This document shows, in pieces, positions 55,001 through 64,000 of a stretch of DNA of 64,000 bases (its first letter is position 1; each line of letters begins with the position of its first letter). The DNA comes from a virus (Duplodnaviria; Caudoviricetes), in the IMG/VR virus record IMGVR_UViG_3300043822_000021, positions 4,641 to 68,640 of that record; one strand, 5' to 3'. Both the position numbers and the translations under genes were made by a program. Below the pieces are notes generated by a model. That model saw nothing but the letters and a program-made list of their open reading frames with translations, made no database searches and was not told the DNA's origin.

Positions 55001-58000
55001 GTACTTGCCCTTGCCGGCTTTTACGTCATCAATGAATTCTCTGCCATATGTTTTTAGGCTGTCCCTTGCATGTTGTATCGGTGATTTATACCCTGCTTTT
55101 TCGAGCCTCTGTTCGGGAGTTACGGTATCACTTTCGGTAGACTTATCGTAGAATGAGTTTTCTACCGAAGATTCTTTATCTTTTGCGGCCTTGCTTCTCT
55201 TCTCAAGAATTGAATTTTTGTATTTTTCTATGTGTTCTTTGGTTATGCTCTGCATGGCAGTATCAGTAACCCAATCCCCATCTTCCATAATCTTTTCCAG
55301 TTCTGCTTTATATTTGGCATATTCATTGCCTAGACTTTTCTTTGCGTGTTCAAGTATTTCATTGGAGGATAATTTATTTAAATCTTTTATTGTTGTTTTG
55401 GAGCCTTTCCCTTCATATTTATTAATCAAGGTTAAGCATCTTGCCCGCAAGGAATTTCTAGCACGATTACGTTCATACGTATTTTTGGATACCATCAATT
55501 CTTGGAAGTAATTAGGGTCTCGAACAAATTTTAGTATATGTTTATCATCTAATGCTATTCTATGTAATACGGCATTGATTATACGTCCATTACCCGTATC
55601 ATCTGTACGATAATACCGGTATTGAAGCTTTTCGGATGGTGGTTTACCACTCAATATTTCTGAGACAAAACCTTCTATTTCTTTTATTCCTTCGTCAGTA
55701 AAGACTTTACTTTCCTTGGCTACTAATTCATTTATATTTTTTACGCCAGCTGACTTTATGTCATTTTTAATTATATCATTAAATAACTTTCTCCACGCTT
55801 CATCACGTTCTGGGCCTTTGTGTAAAACACTAAAAATAAAGTGTGCATTTTCATGAGCGCTAGTAGGTCTTGTTTTTATTGAATTTGATTTTATCTGGTC
55901 GTTAATTTTGTCCCGACTGATAATAATTTCTCCAGTATTCTCTTTGTATAAGCCACCAGCATTCTTTTTCCCGCCTCTGGTGTCAACGATAATTGGTTTA
56001 GATGTAATGTGTATCCGAATACCCATAGAATTAAGTAAGTCTATCGCAGTCTTTTTAAATGATTCCGGGTATCCATAGAACATGGATTCTATAGCGTTAC
56101 CAACTTCTTCTGGCTTTACATCCTTATCCCATTTCAAATTGCCATTATCATACAGCTGTTTTACTTCTGGGTTTGTTTCCCGGTATTTTTGTACCGATTG
56201 TGCATTTCCCACAGGTAATCCTGAACTTCTTTTGGTTGACCTGCCGCCATTATTTCTACTTCCGCTTCGTCCGACATCATTTCCCTCCGGAACTGCTCGT
56301 TGAACAGGCTCATTTCCCTTTTCATGTCCTTCAGAGTTGACTGCACCTTTAACGGTTCCATTTTCACTACCTCCTTCGATGCCTTTAGCCTTAATACCAT
56401 TTTCTTCTAGTTTACGTTTATCTTCTTCACTTAGTATATCATAAATCTGTTTATCAATAAAGTGGGTACTATCGGTTATCTCTTTCCGATATGATACTGT
56501 TGCTAATATCTTATTTCCATCTGCTTTAAAAGTCTGTACTTCGTATCCATCTGGCAAGTATTTATTAACAAAATCATCTTTGTCAAATTCATTTGTCTTT
56601 TTAAATTCTGCCATATCCTCATCTTTTAACTCAATAACTGCTTTCATTTTCGCAATATCTATTAAGATTGGTTTGCCTTTATCATTATATTCCACTGAAT
56701 ATTTCGTTTTACCACTATCTATAGTAGGCATTACTTTTTCTTCTTTTGCTACTTTATTGCCATTTACTGCTTTTTCGCTTTGTCTGGTGGCTTGTTCTAT
56801 TGATTTCATATCTTCCAGTTTGGAAAGTATATCTTTTGGTATTAATTTTTTCTGTTCATCGGTCAGGTCAAACGCCGCTTGTTTATCTGCATCACGATTC
56901 ATTGCATCGAACACAGCATCGGGAATTTTAATATTTCGGTCAATGGGTTTACCGTCTTTAGTGAAGGCTTTGTTGAAATAATATAGGCGTGCCATTACAT
57001 TCTTAAATTCTTTTGGTTTTACAACTTTATATACGTTAACATTGCCGTATTTATTGAACTCTTTGGCAAACTCTTCAAATATATTATTTATCAATTCATA
57101 TCTGTGGGGCATAACCTTATCTATATCATCTTTATGTATTTTCATCCCCGATTTGTACAATTGTTTAACAGAATTTAGATAATCTATACTCTTATTGTCG
57201 TTGGACAATCCCTTATTTTTAACTATTGTGTTAAATATTTCCTTTTCTCTCTTTATCTTATCGGTGTTTTCTTTGTTTAGTTCTGCTTTTACTGCTTTTG
57301 CTCTCTTTTCTTCGTTATTCGCTTTGCGAGATGCCGCCTGATTTCTGCTAGCCTTCCTTGCTGTTCCTTCGTCTTCCGGATGTTCTTTAAAGTGGGCTTT
57401 TCTTAATTCGTTGTATACTGTCTTTATTTTAGCTCCATCTGTTTCGTTATAATAAAAGTGATTCCCCTTGTTATCTACAACGTGGTATCTGCCGTTACGT
57501 TTCTGTAGTTGTTTGTTGAACTCTTTTCTTGAAAGATGATAATTCCATAATTTCTGTGCGACATCTCTTATTTCTTCGTCAGATACATTATCTCTGATTT
57601 CTCTCTTTGACTCCTGTTTCTTTACAACTTTTGCTTTTGTCTCTTTGGTTTGTTCCGCCGTTTCTTGTTTGGCAACAGGATTTTTATTTGCAGATTTTTC
57701 AGTTTCTTCCGCACTCTTATTTTCATCTTCCAATTGCTGTTTAAACTTCGCAATTTTATCGGCATTTTGCTTTCTTGTCTGCTGTCTATTTGTTTTACTT
57801 TTACTTCCGGTAGACCGTGTTTTCTCCCCATCCTTGCCTTCCAGTTTTGCGGCTTGCTTGGCTCTGAGGTCTTGTTCTTTAGCAACTGCTTTTTTACCGG
57901 CATAAAATACATTCTGTAATTTTTTCAGGTATGTAATTTCAGCCTTGTTTGTCGAATTGTCCACTCTTTTTTGTATCTGGTCAATACGAGCTTTTATTCC

Positions 58001-60343
58001 TTCTCCGGTTTTACTTAGTTCGTCATCGCCCATTTCTTTTACCTTATTTCGGATATTGGAAATATCGACCTTTGTATCTCTTATAGCTTGATTTCTCTTT
58101 TGTACAAGAGTCAGTTTTTTTACAGGCCCGGCTTCCGCTTTCTGTTTAGCTGAGACAATATTCCCTACTGATTTGAGATGTTTGTTTATATCAAACTGGA
58201 AATCTTTACGGCCATTAACCCTGTCATTGTAGTAGTTAACGAATGCTTTACGAACAGCATCCTTCTGTGCTTTCGTGTGGAAGTAATCAGTGATTCTATT
58301 CAACGACTTGGCCGGAGAAGTTGTATAAGATGAAAGCTCATTTATGGACTGGTTAACATCTTTTACGAACTGCTCTCTGTCATTGGTATCCACTGCCTGA
58401 GACAAAGATTCGGCAAATTTTGTTTCATCAGGTACGTGATCTTGCCGTTCTTTTGCTAATTTGAAATGATTATGTTCTCTGTCGATTCTATTTTTGGTAT
58501 CAGCTAATTTCTTTTTATATCCGCTGATAGATTTACCGGTATATTCACCTTTGTCATTCTGCGGTACAGGTTCCAAGCCAAACATACTGCCTTCTTTGGT
58601 AAGCTGTTCAGCTTCGGCCTGATTGGCGGCTCTTCTACGTTCCGGTTCTGCCTTTTTATTACGATAATATAGAACGTCAGCTACTTGATTTAATGTGTCC
58701 CGAGCTACTTTCTTATCTCCACTTGCCAATGTATTGGCTACATCATTAGTAAAGTTATTCTTTATGTATGAACTAATATCAGGTTTCTTTACACCAATCT
58801 GTTTAAGGGGGCTGTTTTCATTAGTATCCAACGCCTCGATGGTATCCGCCATATCCTGAATAGCACGAAGCTGGCCCTTTTTGTCTTCCGTGTTGTATCC
58901 CATAGCTTCTGCTTCGTTGCTTCTATCAGTGGCAAGCTGTTCAGCGGTTCTGTTATTAATTGGGTCACGATCATTAATATAGCTATCGTATATAGTGGCG
59001 AAAGAGGGAGGTTCCGTTCCATTTTCTTCTGTGATAGGTGCCACCTGTTCGTTCGTGGTAGTAGGCGTATTTCCTTCTATTGTTCCATTTTCAGGGCTAG
59101 TAATATTTTCGACTGGATTAACAATAACTTCGGGGGCTACGTTATTGATGTTACCATCATCCACGTTTTCTTCTGGTGTAGCGATAACTCCCGGTTCTGC
59201 ATTTTCATTCTGTATAGTGTTGTCTGTCGGCTGTGCAATAGTATCTTCGTCGATGTTATTATCAGCCATGTTTTCTTCTGCCCGTACTCTGCGACGACGA
59301 GTAGCACCAAGCAAGCCTTGAGGAACCATACCAACAGCGGCCATGAACATCTGGTTCTTGGATTCATCAGACATGTTGAACGGATTATAATTGACATCAT
59401 ATCCATGTACTGCATTATCCTGAAATTCATTCTGTAAACCTTCAGTATATGCTTCTACGGCAGTCCCCGGTACTGCACGGGTCATCAGTCTGGTAGCGAA
59501 ATGATTATCGGCAAAGTCGGCTACTTTACCACCAGCTTCACTCATTGCTCCAAGTAATCCACTACCGGCCTTTTCGGTGGCATCGCCCACTTCTTTTCTT
59601 CCAATGCCAAGAGGAGTCTTGACCGCACCCTTTAACATATTCATGCTGATTGCGTTCTGGATAGTGGACATGCCAATATTGTCAATGAAGTCTGTCTGCA
59701 TTGCATTACGGGCTTCATCTTGCGTGGCGCCATTTTCCAGTGCCATTGTATACGTACTACCAGCTTCGGTAGCGGCGTCAAATGCACCACCGGCGATATC
59801 CCCAGCAACACTGGGGGCGTATTCCCTGATTAACTGTGCCCCACGCATACCAATCCCTTCAGCTTTGGAACCTACTTCCATGGCCTTTTCAAGACTGGAA
59901 GCCGCTTTAGCAAGATTTGCGGCTCTAGCCGCTTTTAACCCTGCTCCTACGGCCAGACCGCCAATACCGCCAGTAGCGGCAGAAGCGGCGGCAGTAACGG
60001 CGAGGTCAGGGGCGGAAGACCCGATTAAGTTAAACGTATTGTATACAAGGCCGCTGGGGTCGGTGATAAAACCAAGTGGGTCATCCATGGCCTTCTGCAT
60101 ATCCCAGTCAGTTCTAGCCTGACGGCCTATCTGCATATCATGGCCCAACTTTGCTAAACTACTGCCGAACCCGAACTCTTGGTCAAGGTATGTACCGGCA
60201 CCTTCTAAAGAACCACCAAGACCGGTTGCCAATGCGTTTATGCTCGAATCAAGAAATCCGCCATCGCCGTATTGCGGCTGTATATCATAATAGTCGGGTT
60301 TATCGTCGAAGAATCTATTGAATATTGAACCGTAATTCGGCAT
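52079..60343 (-). CDS. Giant internal virion / ejection (polyvalent) protein, 2754 aa
   Basis: G/A-rich membrane-like N-terminal segment (GE..TEGLQ type), K/E-rich coils, a central SAHENAH zincin motif and a large helical C-terminal region. Confidence 0.8.
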   Translation of the reverse strand: MPNYGSIFNRFFDDKPDYYDIQPQYGDGGFLDSSINALATGLGGSLEGAGTYLDQEFGFGSSLAKLGHDMQIGRQARTDWDMQKAMDDPLGFITDPSGLVYNTFNLIGSSAPDLAVTAAASAATGGIGGLAVGAGLKAARAANLAKAASSLEKAMEVGSKAEGIGMRGAQLIREYAPSVAGDIAGGAFDAATEAGSTYTMALENGATQDEARNAMQTDFIDNIGMSTIQNAISMNMLKGAVKTPLGIGRKEVGDATEKAGSGLLGAMSEAGGKVADFADNHFATRLMTRAVPGTAVEAYTEGLQNEFQDNAVHGYDVNYNPFNMSDESKNQMFMAAVGMVPQGLLGATRRRRVRAEENMADNNIDEDTIAQPTDNTIQNENAEPGVIATPEENVDDGNINNVAPEVIVNPVENITSPENGTIEGNTPTTTNEQVAPITEENGTEPPSFATIYDSYINDRDPINNRTAEQLATDRSNEAEAMGYNTEDKKGQLRAIQDMADTIEALDTNENSPLKQIGVKKPDISSYIKNNFTNDVANTLASGDKKVARDTLNQVADVLYYRNKKAEPERRRAANQAEAEQLTKEGSMFGLEPVPQNDKGEYTGKSISGYKKKLADTKNRIDREHNHFKLAKERQDHVPDETKFAESLSQAVDTNDREQFVKDVNQSINELSSYTTSPAKSLNRITDYFHTKAQKDAVRKAFVNYYNDRVNGRKDFQFDINKHLKSVGNIVSAKQKAEAGPVKKLTLVQKRNQAIRDTKVDISNIRNKVKEMGDDELSKTGEGIKARIDQIQKRVDNSTNKAEITYLKKLQNVFYAGKKAVAKEQDLRAKQAAKLEGKDGEKTRSTGSKSKTNRQQTRKQNADKIAKFKQQLEDENKSAEETEKSANKNPVAKQETAEQTKETKAKVVKKQESKREIRDNVSDEEIRDVAQKLWNYHLSRKEFNKQLQKRNGRYHVVDNKGNHFYYNETDGAKIKTVYNELRKAHFKEHPEDEGTARKASRNQAASRKANNEEKRAKAVKAELNKENTDKIKREKEIFNTIVKNKGLSNDNKSIDYLNSVKQLYKSGMKIHKDDIDKVMPHRYELINNIFEEFAKEFNKYGNVNVYKVVKPKEFKNVMARLYYFNKAFTKDGKPIDRNIKIPDAVFDAMNRDADKQAAFDLTDEQKKLIPKDILSKLEDMKSIEQATRQSEKAVNGNKVAKEEKVMPTIDSGKTKYSVEYNDKGKPILIDIAKMKAVIELKDEDMAEFKKTNEFDKDDFVNKYLPDGYEVQTFKADGNKILATVSYRKEITDSTHFIDKQIYDILSEEDKRKLEENGIKAKGIEGGSENGTVKGAVNSEGHEKGNEPVQRAVPEGNDVGRSGSRNNGGRSTKRSSGLPVGNAQSVQKYRETNPEVKQLYDNGNLKWDKDVKPEEVGNAIESMFYGYPESFKKTAIDLLNSMGIRIHITSKPIIVDTRGGKKNAGGLYKENTGEIIISRDKINDQIKSNSIKTRPTSAHENAHFIFSVLHKGPERDEAWRKLFNDIIKNDIKSAGVKNINELVAKESKVFTDEGIKEIEGFVSEILSGKPPSEKLQYRYYRTDDTGNGRIINAVLHRIALDDKHILKFVRDPNYFQELMVSKNTYERNRARNSLRARCLTLINKYEGKGSKTTIKDLNKLSSNEILEHAKKSLGNEYAKYKAELEKIMEDGDWVTDTAMQSITKEHIEKYKNSILEKRSKAAKDKESSVENSFYDKSTESDTVTPEQRLEKAGYKSPIQHARDSLKTYGREFIDDVKAGKGKYSYADRFWRTPEAILKDMIGGAASKIFDYAVKAQKIKNRTLQRYMGKYSHIYRGLKDNERRVLNRAILYCDKNGRDPVQVMSAGKDTYIVYRDGDFIEAYNNINDAKSKLVELKRTGEYKNGEVKMSMVAGEDGLKALVYAVKDKNRVFSKKNAADAYAKKNYKQAVADMFDDVTTEELSNEQKAKLADKFTEYRKLMDEAYADMVSVASQYDVKIPPKKQGFFPRYHLPFVVMVKDKMGTKRVTSFYNQSEAQKMAKKLSAEGVKSYVIELSPIDQIRVGINQHDREYLTDDEIKEIEEGKTMSFADMNESLEEHGEGMKLLTNLLNKRFKAGATTVPAKVILKDLSKKVQDNGRTKKQIRATGIIKEMEKYKGSQLTKEDVAKILDKCNRHGVFNAHLMHRTDADGYSFNVQNSVYRYLTDAAAYAGNEMFSQEAKKAYAQRFKRDFTLPAMNKEQAYCQEYINAVLSKRNITWLDNMLNSVLKSIPGFGAWIRKWSPNPYTDVAGKILGAQNVLKLGMFNVSSGAVQLSQLLNANAKLGGNKFIGMSKAFRFGLREAFKNKGLYNDKELNKKYGEIFDYIGLYDSIPSLDREMTGKPSWFMDKNRKFLRGKSFGDIAEASMYFFNRGDIKARQATAIGAMYKFEHEIKKDKMKEYLKKGKTFEEAEKLTHNDMLKYVDRVVRETNFDYSVVNTPLGLSGLGVTGKLIMQFKKYPFFTLNFLRGNTKEENIRFLVPLMLMGGIFGLPCLDLFDDTVATVTGVDPKLAAKKAIMEWAGNSPQRKAFANVAMYGAPSLAGIDISGRIGLNDAASFDAGPTYTTAQRLLSSAKKGDYMGMAEALTSRATVAKSLAKGGYADSHGNLITQYDNYDKMLKILGFRPVEESHGADLNRVISQSKKIMQEHTDKAIEEYKKHPTMANYQALRIYGLSDKRIATLQDEKPKKNDKSSVNKTNHSKEANDIRKLESFKQGR

Positions 60344-60357
60344 TTAACCCCTCCTCG

Positions 60358-61713
60358 TTAATTAAAGTAAAAAGCGTCCTTATTCGTACCGTTAATAATA
60401 TCGTCTGCCATATCACCATATCTAGCTCTGGCAAGCAATTTCAATCCTTCCCAATTCTTTGCTCTGTAATCTCCCTGTCTAATCCAGTCTTCGTTCTGTT
60501 CCAAGAGATTTGTCCAGTCGTTATTTGCGGAATCATAATCATCGGCATCAAATGCGACTCCAAGCATAGATTCCATCGCATTTCTGCCAGCATTAGCCAT
60601 GTCGGTATACGGGTTATATTTGGCGTCCGGATGATCGTTGGCATATTTTGCTTCCTGTTCGATGGCCCACTTATAATCTGCTGAGGATGGCCCTTTGCCA
60701 CTGCCACCACGGCCTCCACCGCCGCCTCTGGCCGCTTTCGCCTGCATAGCGGCAATCTGTGCGTCAATCTGTTTTTCCCTTAACGCCAATTCTTGTTCTT
60801 TCAAAGCTTTCTGCTGGTCAAGTTCCTGTTGTTTAAGATTGTAATTCCGTTCGTTATTAATCTGTGTCTGCATATTTTCCAACAGCTTGGGCCCGCTTAC
60901 GAACTGGTCTGCTCCGTCCGGCAGATTGATACCAGCAAGTGCGGCCAATGATGCATATCCACGGCGGTTATCTATGCTGTTGCTACCGTTAATCATCTGA
61001 GCTATCTGTACAGCTCTGTTTATCTTGTCGTTCTGGTCTTCTATACTCTGCTGTTCCTTGAGAGACTGGTCTCGTTTATTCATCAGCTGTGTGGCGAATC
61101 CAGACAGTAACCCTCTCTTTTTACTACCAAGACCTAACAGCTGAAGACTATAATCGGGAGCTTGCAGATAATCGTGATAATTCTGCCTTGCCCTCTGAAT
61201 ACCCCTGTTATTTGTCAGGAGACGGGTAATCCTCTGTGCATCGAACGGTTCGTTAGGGTTGCTCGTGCGGATATTGGCCTGCATCTGGAGGAAAGGATTT
61301 CCCTGTGCATCTTTTGCCGAATATGTAAATCCGCCATCATTACCCGTCTGAATAATCTTGGTAGGTGCTAAACCTCCCATTTCATTGGCGTCTGTGCCGT
61401 GTATCAGTTGGTTCTGCGAAGAACTATTACCATAATAACCACCGGTGCCATCAGACAGTACAACATGGTCATTATCTCCATAAACAATCGTATCACCGCT
61501 CCTCACCCGTGACGGGTCATAATCTATAATGCCAACACCTTTATTTGCCGCATCATTCATCAAGCTGTCTACATTTACGATACCGTTGTTATATTCATCT
61601 CTTAAAAAGGAAGAGGTGCCAGCCCCCATAAGGCCGACACCTTCTACGCATCCCTGTGTTCCATTTTTCATGGTCTGTCCCAAAAAACCATCATAATAGT
61701 TACTCATTGCCAC
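60358..61713 (-). CDS. Ejection protein with an N-terminal NlpC/P60-CHAP-like peptidase domain
   Basis: QGCVEGV...GDTIVYGDNDHVV...GNSSS Cys-His pattern; coiled-coil C-terminus. Confidence 0.75.
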   Translation of the reverse strand: MAMSNYYDGFLGQTMKNGTQGCVEGVGLMGAGTSSFLRDEYNNGIVNVDSLMNDAANKGVGIIDYDPSRVRSGDTIVYGDNDHVVLSDGTGGYYGNSSSQNQLIHGTDANEMGGLAPTKIIQTGNDGGFTYSAKDAQGNPFLQMQANIRTSNPNEPFDAQRITRLLTNNRGIQRARQNYHDYLQAPDYSLQLLGLGSKKRGLLSGFATQLMNKRDQSLKEQQSIEDQNDKINRAVQIAQMINGSNSIDNRRGYASLAALAGINLPDGADQFVSGPKLLENMQTQINNERNYNLKQQELDQQKALKEQELALREKQIDAQIAAMQAKAARGGGGGRGGSGKGPSSADYKWAIEQEAKYANDHPDAKYNPYTDMANAGRNAMESMLGVAFDADDYDSANNDWTNLLEQNEDWIRQGDYRAKNWEGLKLLARARYGDMADDIINGTNKDAFYFN

Positions 61714-62656
61714 CTCCGTAAAGCATGTTTATCCTATACTGCTCCAAGGCGTTTGCTCTATCTGCTACTTCTTTCTGCCACTGCATTTTCTGGATAGCGT
61801 CAGCATAATCCCTATCAGCCTGCTCCTGTTTAATCCGGGAATTAAGAAGCCCTGCTCCTGATACAAACTGGTCAACACCGGGATTCACGTTTACTCCCAG
61901 CTGTTTAGCGAAGCTTGCATACGTATTCCGGTTGTCTATATTATTACTGTGATTAATCATATTTATGGCTCTCGTGCCAACCCCAACCTTATTGATAAGC
62001 CCATTGTGGTCAGATTCCGCTTTATCCAAGGCGGCACGGCGTTCCTGTAATTGCTGGGCAAATGGCTTCAATAAGTCACGGGTAGTCCGGGGAAGATAGT
62101 CCAATTCCCTCTGGTAATCCGGTGACTGGAGGATATCGTGTACACTCTTGGTAGTAGGTTGTTGTGAAGCCATATCTAATAATCCAGCTACATTTAGTCG
62201 TTCATTAGGATTATTGTTCCGGATATATGCCTGCACATTCATGAACGGCTTGCCCTGAGCGTCATCACTATGATATACGAACGGGGTGGAACCTCCCAGA
62301 TTATTATAATTGGCCTGTACCTGCTGTACGTACTGTTGTGCCGCATCACCTACTCCGTTGTAGGCCCTGACACCAGACCATAGGTCTCCGCCCTGTTCCT
62401 TTATCTTCTGACTCAGGATATACATGCCTGCCAAGGCATTCTGCTGTGGATCCGTCTGCCAGTCAGGATACAGATTATTTACTCCGTAGTCATTGGCAGA
62501 ATAGTCCGTAATTTGCATAAGCCCGCCGTTTGGAGCCATGTTAATAGCATTTACATCGTCTCCACCAGTTTCTCTTGCGGCTATGGCCAATGCTACATTT
62601 GGGTCTATGCCATACTGATTAGCGGCATTGATAATGTATTGTGCATAAGACATCAC
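61700..62656 (-). CDS. Ejection protein with an N-terminal lytic transglycosylase (SLT) domain
   Basis: YGIDP..ALAIAARETGG, GGLMQI, QNALAG and AYNG motifs. Confidence 0.85.
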   Translation of the reverse strand: MMSYAQYIINAANQYGIDPNVALAIAARETGGDDVNAINMAPNGGLMQITDYSANDYGVNNLYPDWQTDPQQNALAGMYILSQKIKEQGGDLWSGVRAYNGVGDAAQQYVQQVQANYNNLGGSTPFVYHSDDAQGKPFMNVQAYIRNNNPNERLNVAGLLDMASQQPTTKSVHDILQSPDYQRELDYLPRTTRDLLKPFAQQLQERRAALDKAESDHNGLINKVGVGTRAINMINHSNNIDNRNTYASFAKQLGVNVNPGVDQFVSGAGLLNSRIKQEQADRDYADAIQKMQWQKEVADRANALEQYRINMLYGGGNE

Positions 62657-63312
62657 TGGCCTCCATCATACGGATAGTACGGCATCAGTCCACCGTAGTT
62701 AAAACGACTTCTGTAGAAGTTGTATAAATCGGGCTGAGTAGCTGTGCCCTGAGAAGGTACGTATTCCGGGATAGGGTTATTACCCATTTCAGACATATAC
62801 TGGTCATAATCCTTGAACGTGCCATCGGATACTCGTTTACCCTGCATGGCGTTCTTGTAGTTCTGTGCATATGCCAATTTATTCTTCAGCTCATTCACGT
62901 TATTGAGCTGTGTCTGGAAGTTGTCTGCCTGACCATTCTTCAGCATTGTCTGAGCGGTAGTCCAGCCATTAGCATCAGATTCGTTAAAATTAGGGTCGAT
63001 TTCTTTGGCCATTTTATTCAGCTTGTTAGCGTATGCCAGACGTTCTTCGTCAGTCTGTGCATTGTTGTACCCAGTAGCATTTTTCTGATACTCCTTGGTA
63101 TACTGCGTAAGAGCATTATTGTAATTGCTATTTGCTTCGTCGTAATCCTTTTTATATGCCCTAGCATCTTCATTGGCTAGCATCTGGTTGCCTATTTTTC
63201 TGGCGCCACGTTCTTCTCGTTTTTCATAGGCGTTGCCCAGATAAAGCCCAGCCAACGTCCCCAATGCCGACATCAATGTGTTGGGGCGATACTTATCTAT
63301 AATTACCTGCAT
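62653..63312 (-). CDS. Probable internal virion protein
   Basis: N-terminal GTLAGLYLG segment and N/Q/Y-rich coil; within the ejection gene cluster. Confidence 0.65.
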   Translation of the reverse strand: MQVIIDKYRPNTLMSALGTLAGLYLGNAYEKREERGARKIGNQMLANEDARAYKKDYDEANSNYNNALTQYTKEYQKNATGYNNAQTDEERLAYANKLNKMAKEIDPNFNESDANGWTTAQTMLKNGQADNFQTQLNNVNELKNKLAYAQNYKNAMQGKRVSDGTFKDYDQYMSEMGNNPIPEYVPSQGTATQPDLYNFYRSRFNYGGLMPYYPYDGGQ

Positions 63313-63326
63313 AGTCTACCTCCCTC

Positions 63327-63998
63327 CTATTTTATGAATTTACTACCAACAGACAGAGCCGCACCAAAGAAGTCTCCCCACGGGTTACTGTTCTGCTGTT
63401 GCATATATGCAGTGCTCTGGTTTTCGTTATTACTGATTGTCTGTAATGCATTCGTGTTACCACCCTGTAAGCTGGCGGCAGTACCAAGAAGGCCAGTAGC
63501 CTCTCCATATGTACTATTATGTGCAGTAAGAGCGTTATTCATCGGATTCTTCAGCCAGCTCATACGGGTATTCAACATATTATTCAGAGAAGAAATGTCA
63601 TCCGTGTAATCCTTGCTCATCTGTGCTGACAGGTTCTTCTGCATATCGTTTGTAGCCGTATTCATACGGGAACTACTAAGGACGCCTTTGGATGCCAAGT
63701 TCTGCAACTGTGAACCCAATGTATTTTCATATGTGCGGTTATAGTACATGTTTTTGGCGTTCTGCCATGCAGTAGGCAGTTTGCCTTGTAACAGATCACT
63801 CTGCTGGCCCAGTATGTTATTGTATTCTTCGTTATAATTGCTGATTAGTGTCTTCCAATCAGGTTCATATATATTGCCCAGAGACGCATTACCTTTGGCG
63901 AGCAGATTGGAAATAACAGGAGATACTTTATTTAAATAATCTATTTGCTGAGCGTATAGTGCTTTTTCTTCAGGAGTAAGTTCTCGTTTTATTTTAAC
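63327..63998 (-). CDS. Probable DNA-ejection protein (5' end beyond the window)
   Basis: The frame stays open to the right edge (VKIKRELTPEEK...); N/Q-rich, with a C-terminal WGDFFGAALSVGSKF. Confidence 0.7.
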   Translation of the reverse strand, partial: VKIKRELTPEEKALYAQQIDYLNKVSPVISNLLAKGNASLGNIYEPDWKTLISNYNEEYNNILGQQSDLLQGKLPTAWQNAKNMYYNRTYENTLGSQLQNLASKGVLSSSRMNTATNDMQKNLSAQMSKDYTDDISSLNNMLNTRMSWLKNPMNNALTAHNSTYGEATGLLGTAASLQGGNTNALQTISNNENQSTAYMQQQNSNPWGDFFGAALSVGSKFIK

Positions 63999-64000
63999 GG

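Noticed and set aside
1-64000. Alternative genetic code (stop-codon recoding)
   Set aside because: Long genes translate intact with code 11, and there is no suppressor tRNA; the only breaks are explained by introns or one frameshift.

Overview
The window is a 64-kb slice of a circularly permuted, temperate, short-tailed (podovirus-like) dsDNA phage genome. There is no host DNA. It carries an SU10/phiEco32-type portal, scaffold and major capsid, tail and ejection proteins, and terminase subunits. The replication block has a primase, a DnaB with a class 3 intein, a family C DNA polymerase, a Rad52-like annealase, a Cas4-like exonuclease and a resolvase. The nucleotide-metabolism block has nrdD split by two group I introns, each carrying a homing endonuclease, plus nrdG, a glutaredoxin, a ThyX-like protein and dUTPase. 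An integrase/xis/repressor cassette has an intact attP-like region, and there is a lysis cassette. The host is inferred to be an anaerobic Firmicute, probably a diderm (Negativicutes). The basis is the RemA homolog, sigmaA-type promoters, class III RNR, a catalytic-domain-only GH25 lysin and a spanin-like pair. The most notable signals are RNA-level. (i) An H-type pseudoknot with a conserved UUAAAAGUAG linker and CCAUA tail occurs in three full copies and one shorter copy, with compensatory changes, in the intergenic spacers of the early operon. (ii) A type II hammerhead ribozyme lies in the same cluster. (iii) An ~800-nt ornate GOLLD-like ncRNA has an embedded atypical tRNA-Met. Also notable are a phage-borne RemA-family regulator, a fully overprinted two-frame spanin-like pair with no lipobox, an amidoligase/amidotransferase module, and a paralogous pair of ejection proteins with different peptidoglycan-hydrolase heads. 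All family assignments are by eye from motifs; no database searches were run.
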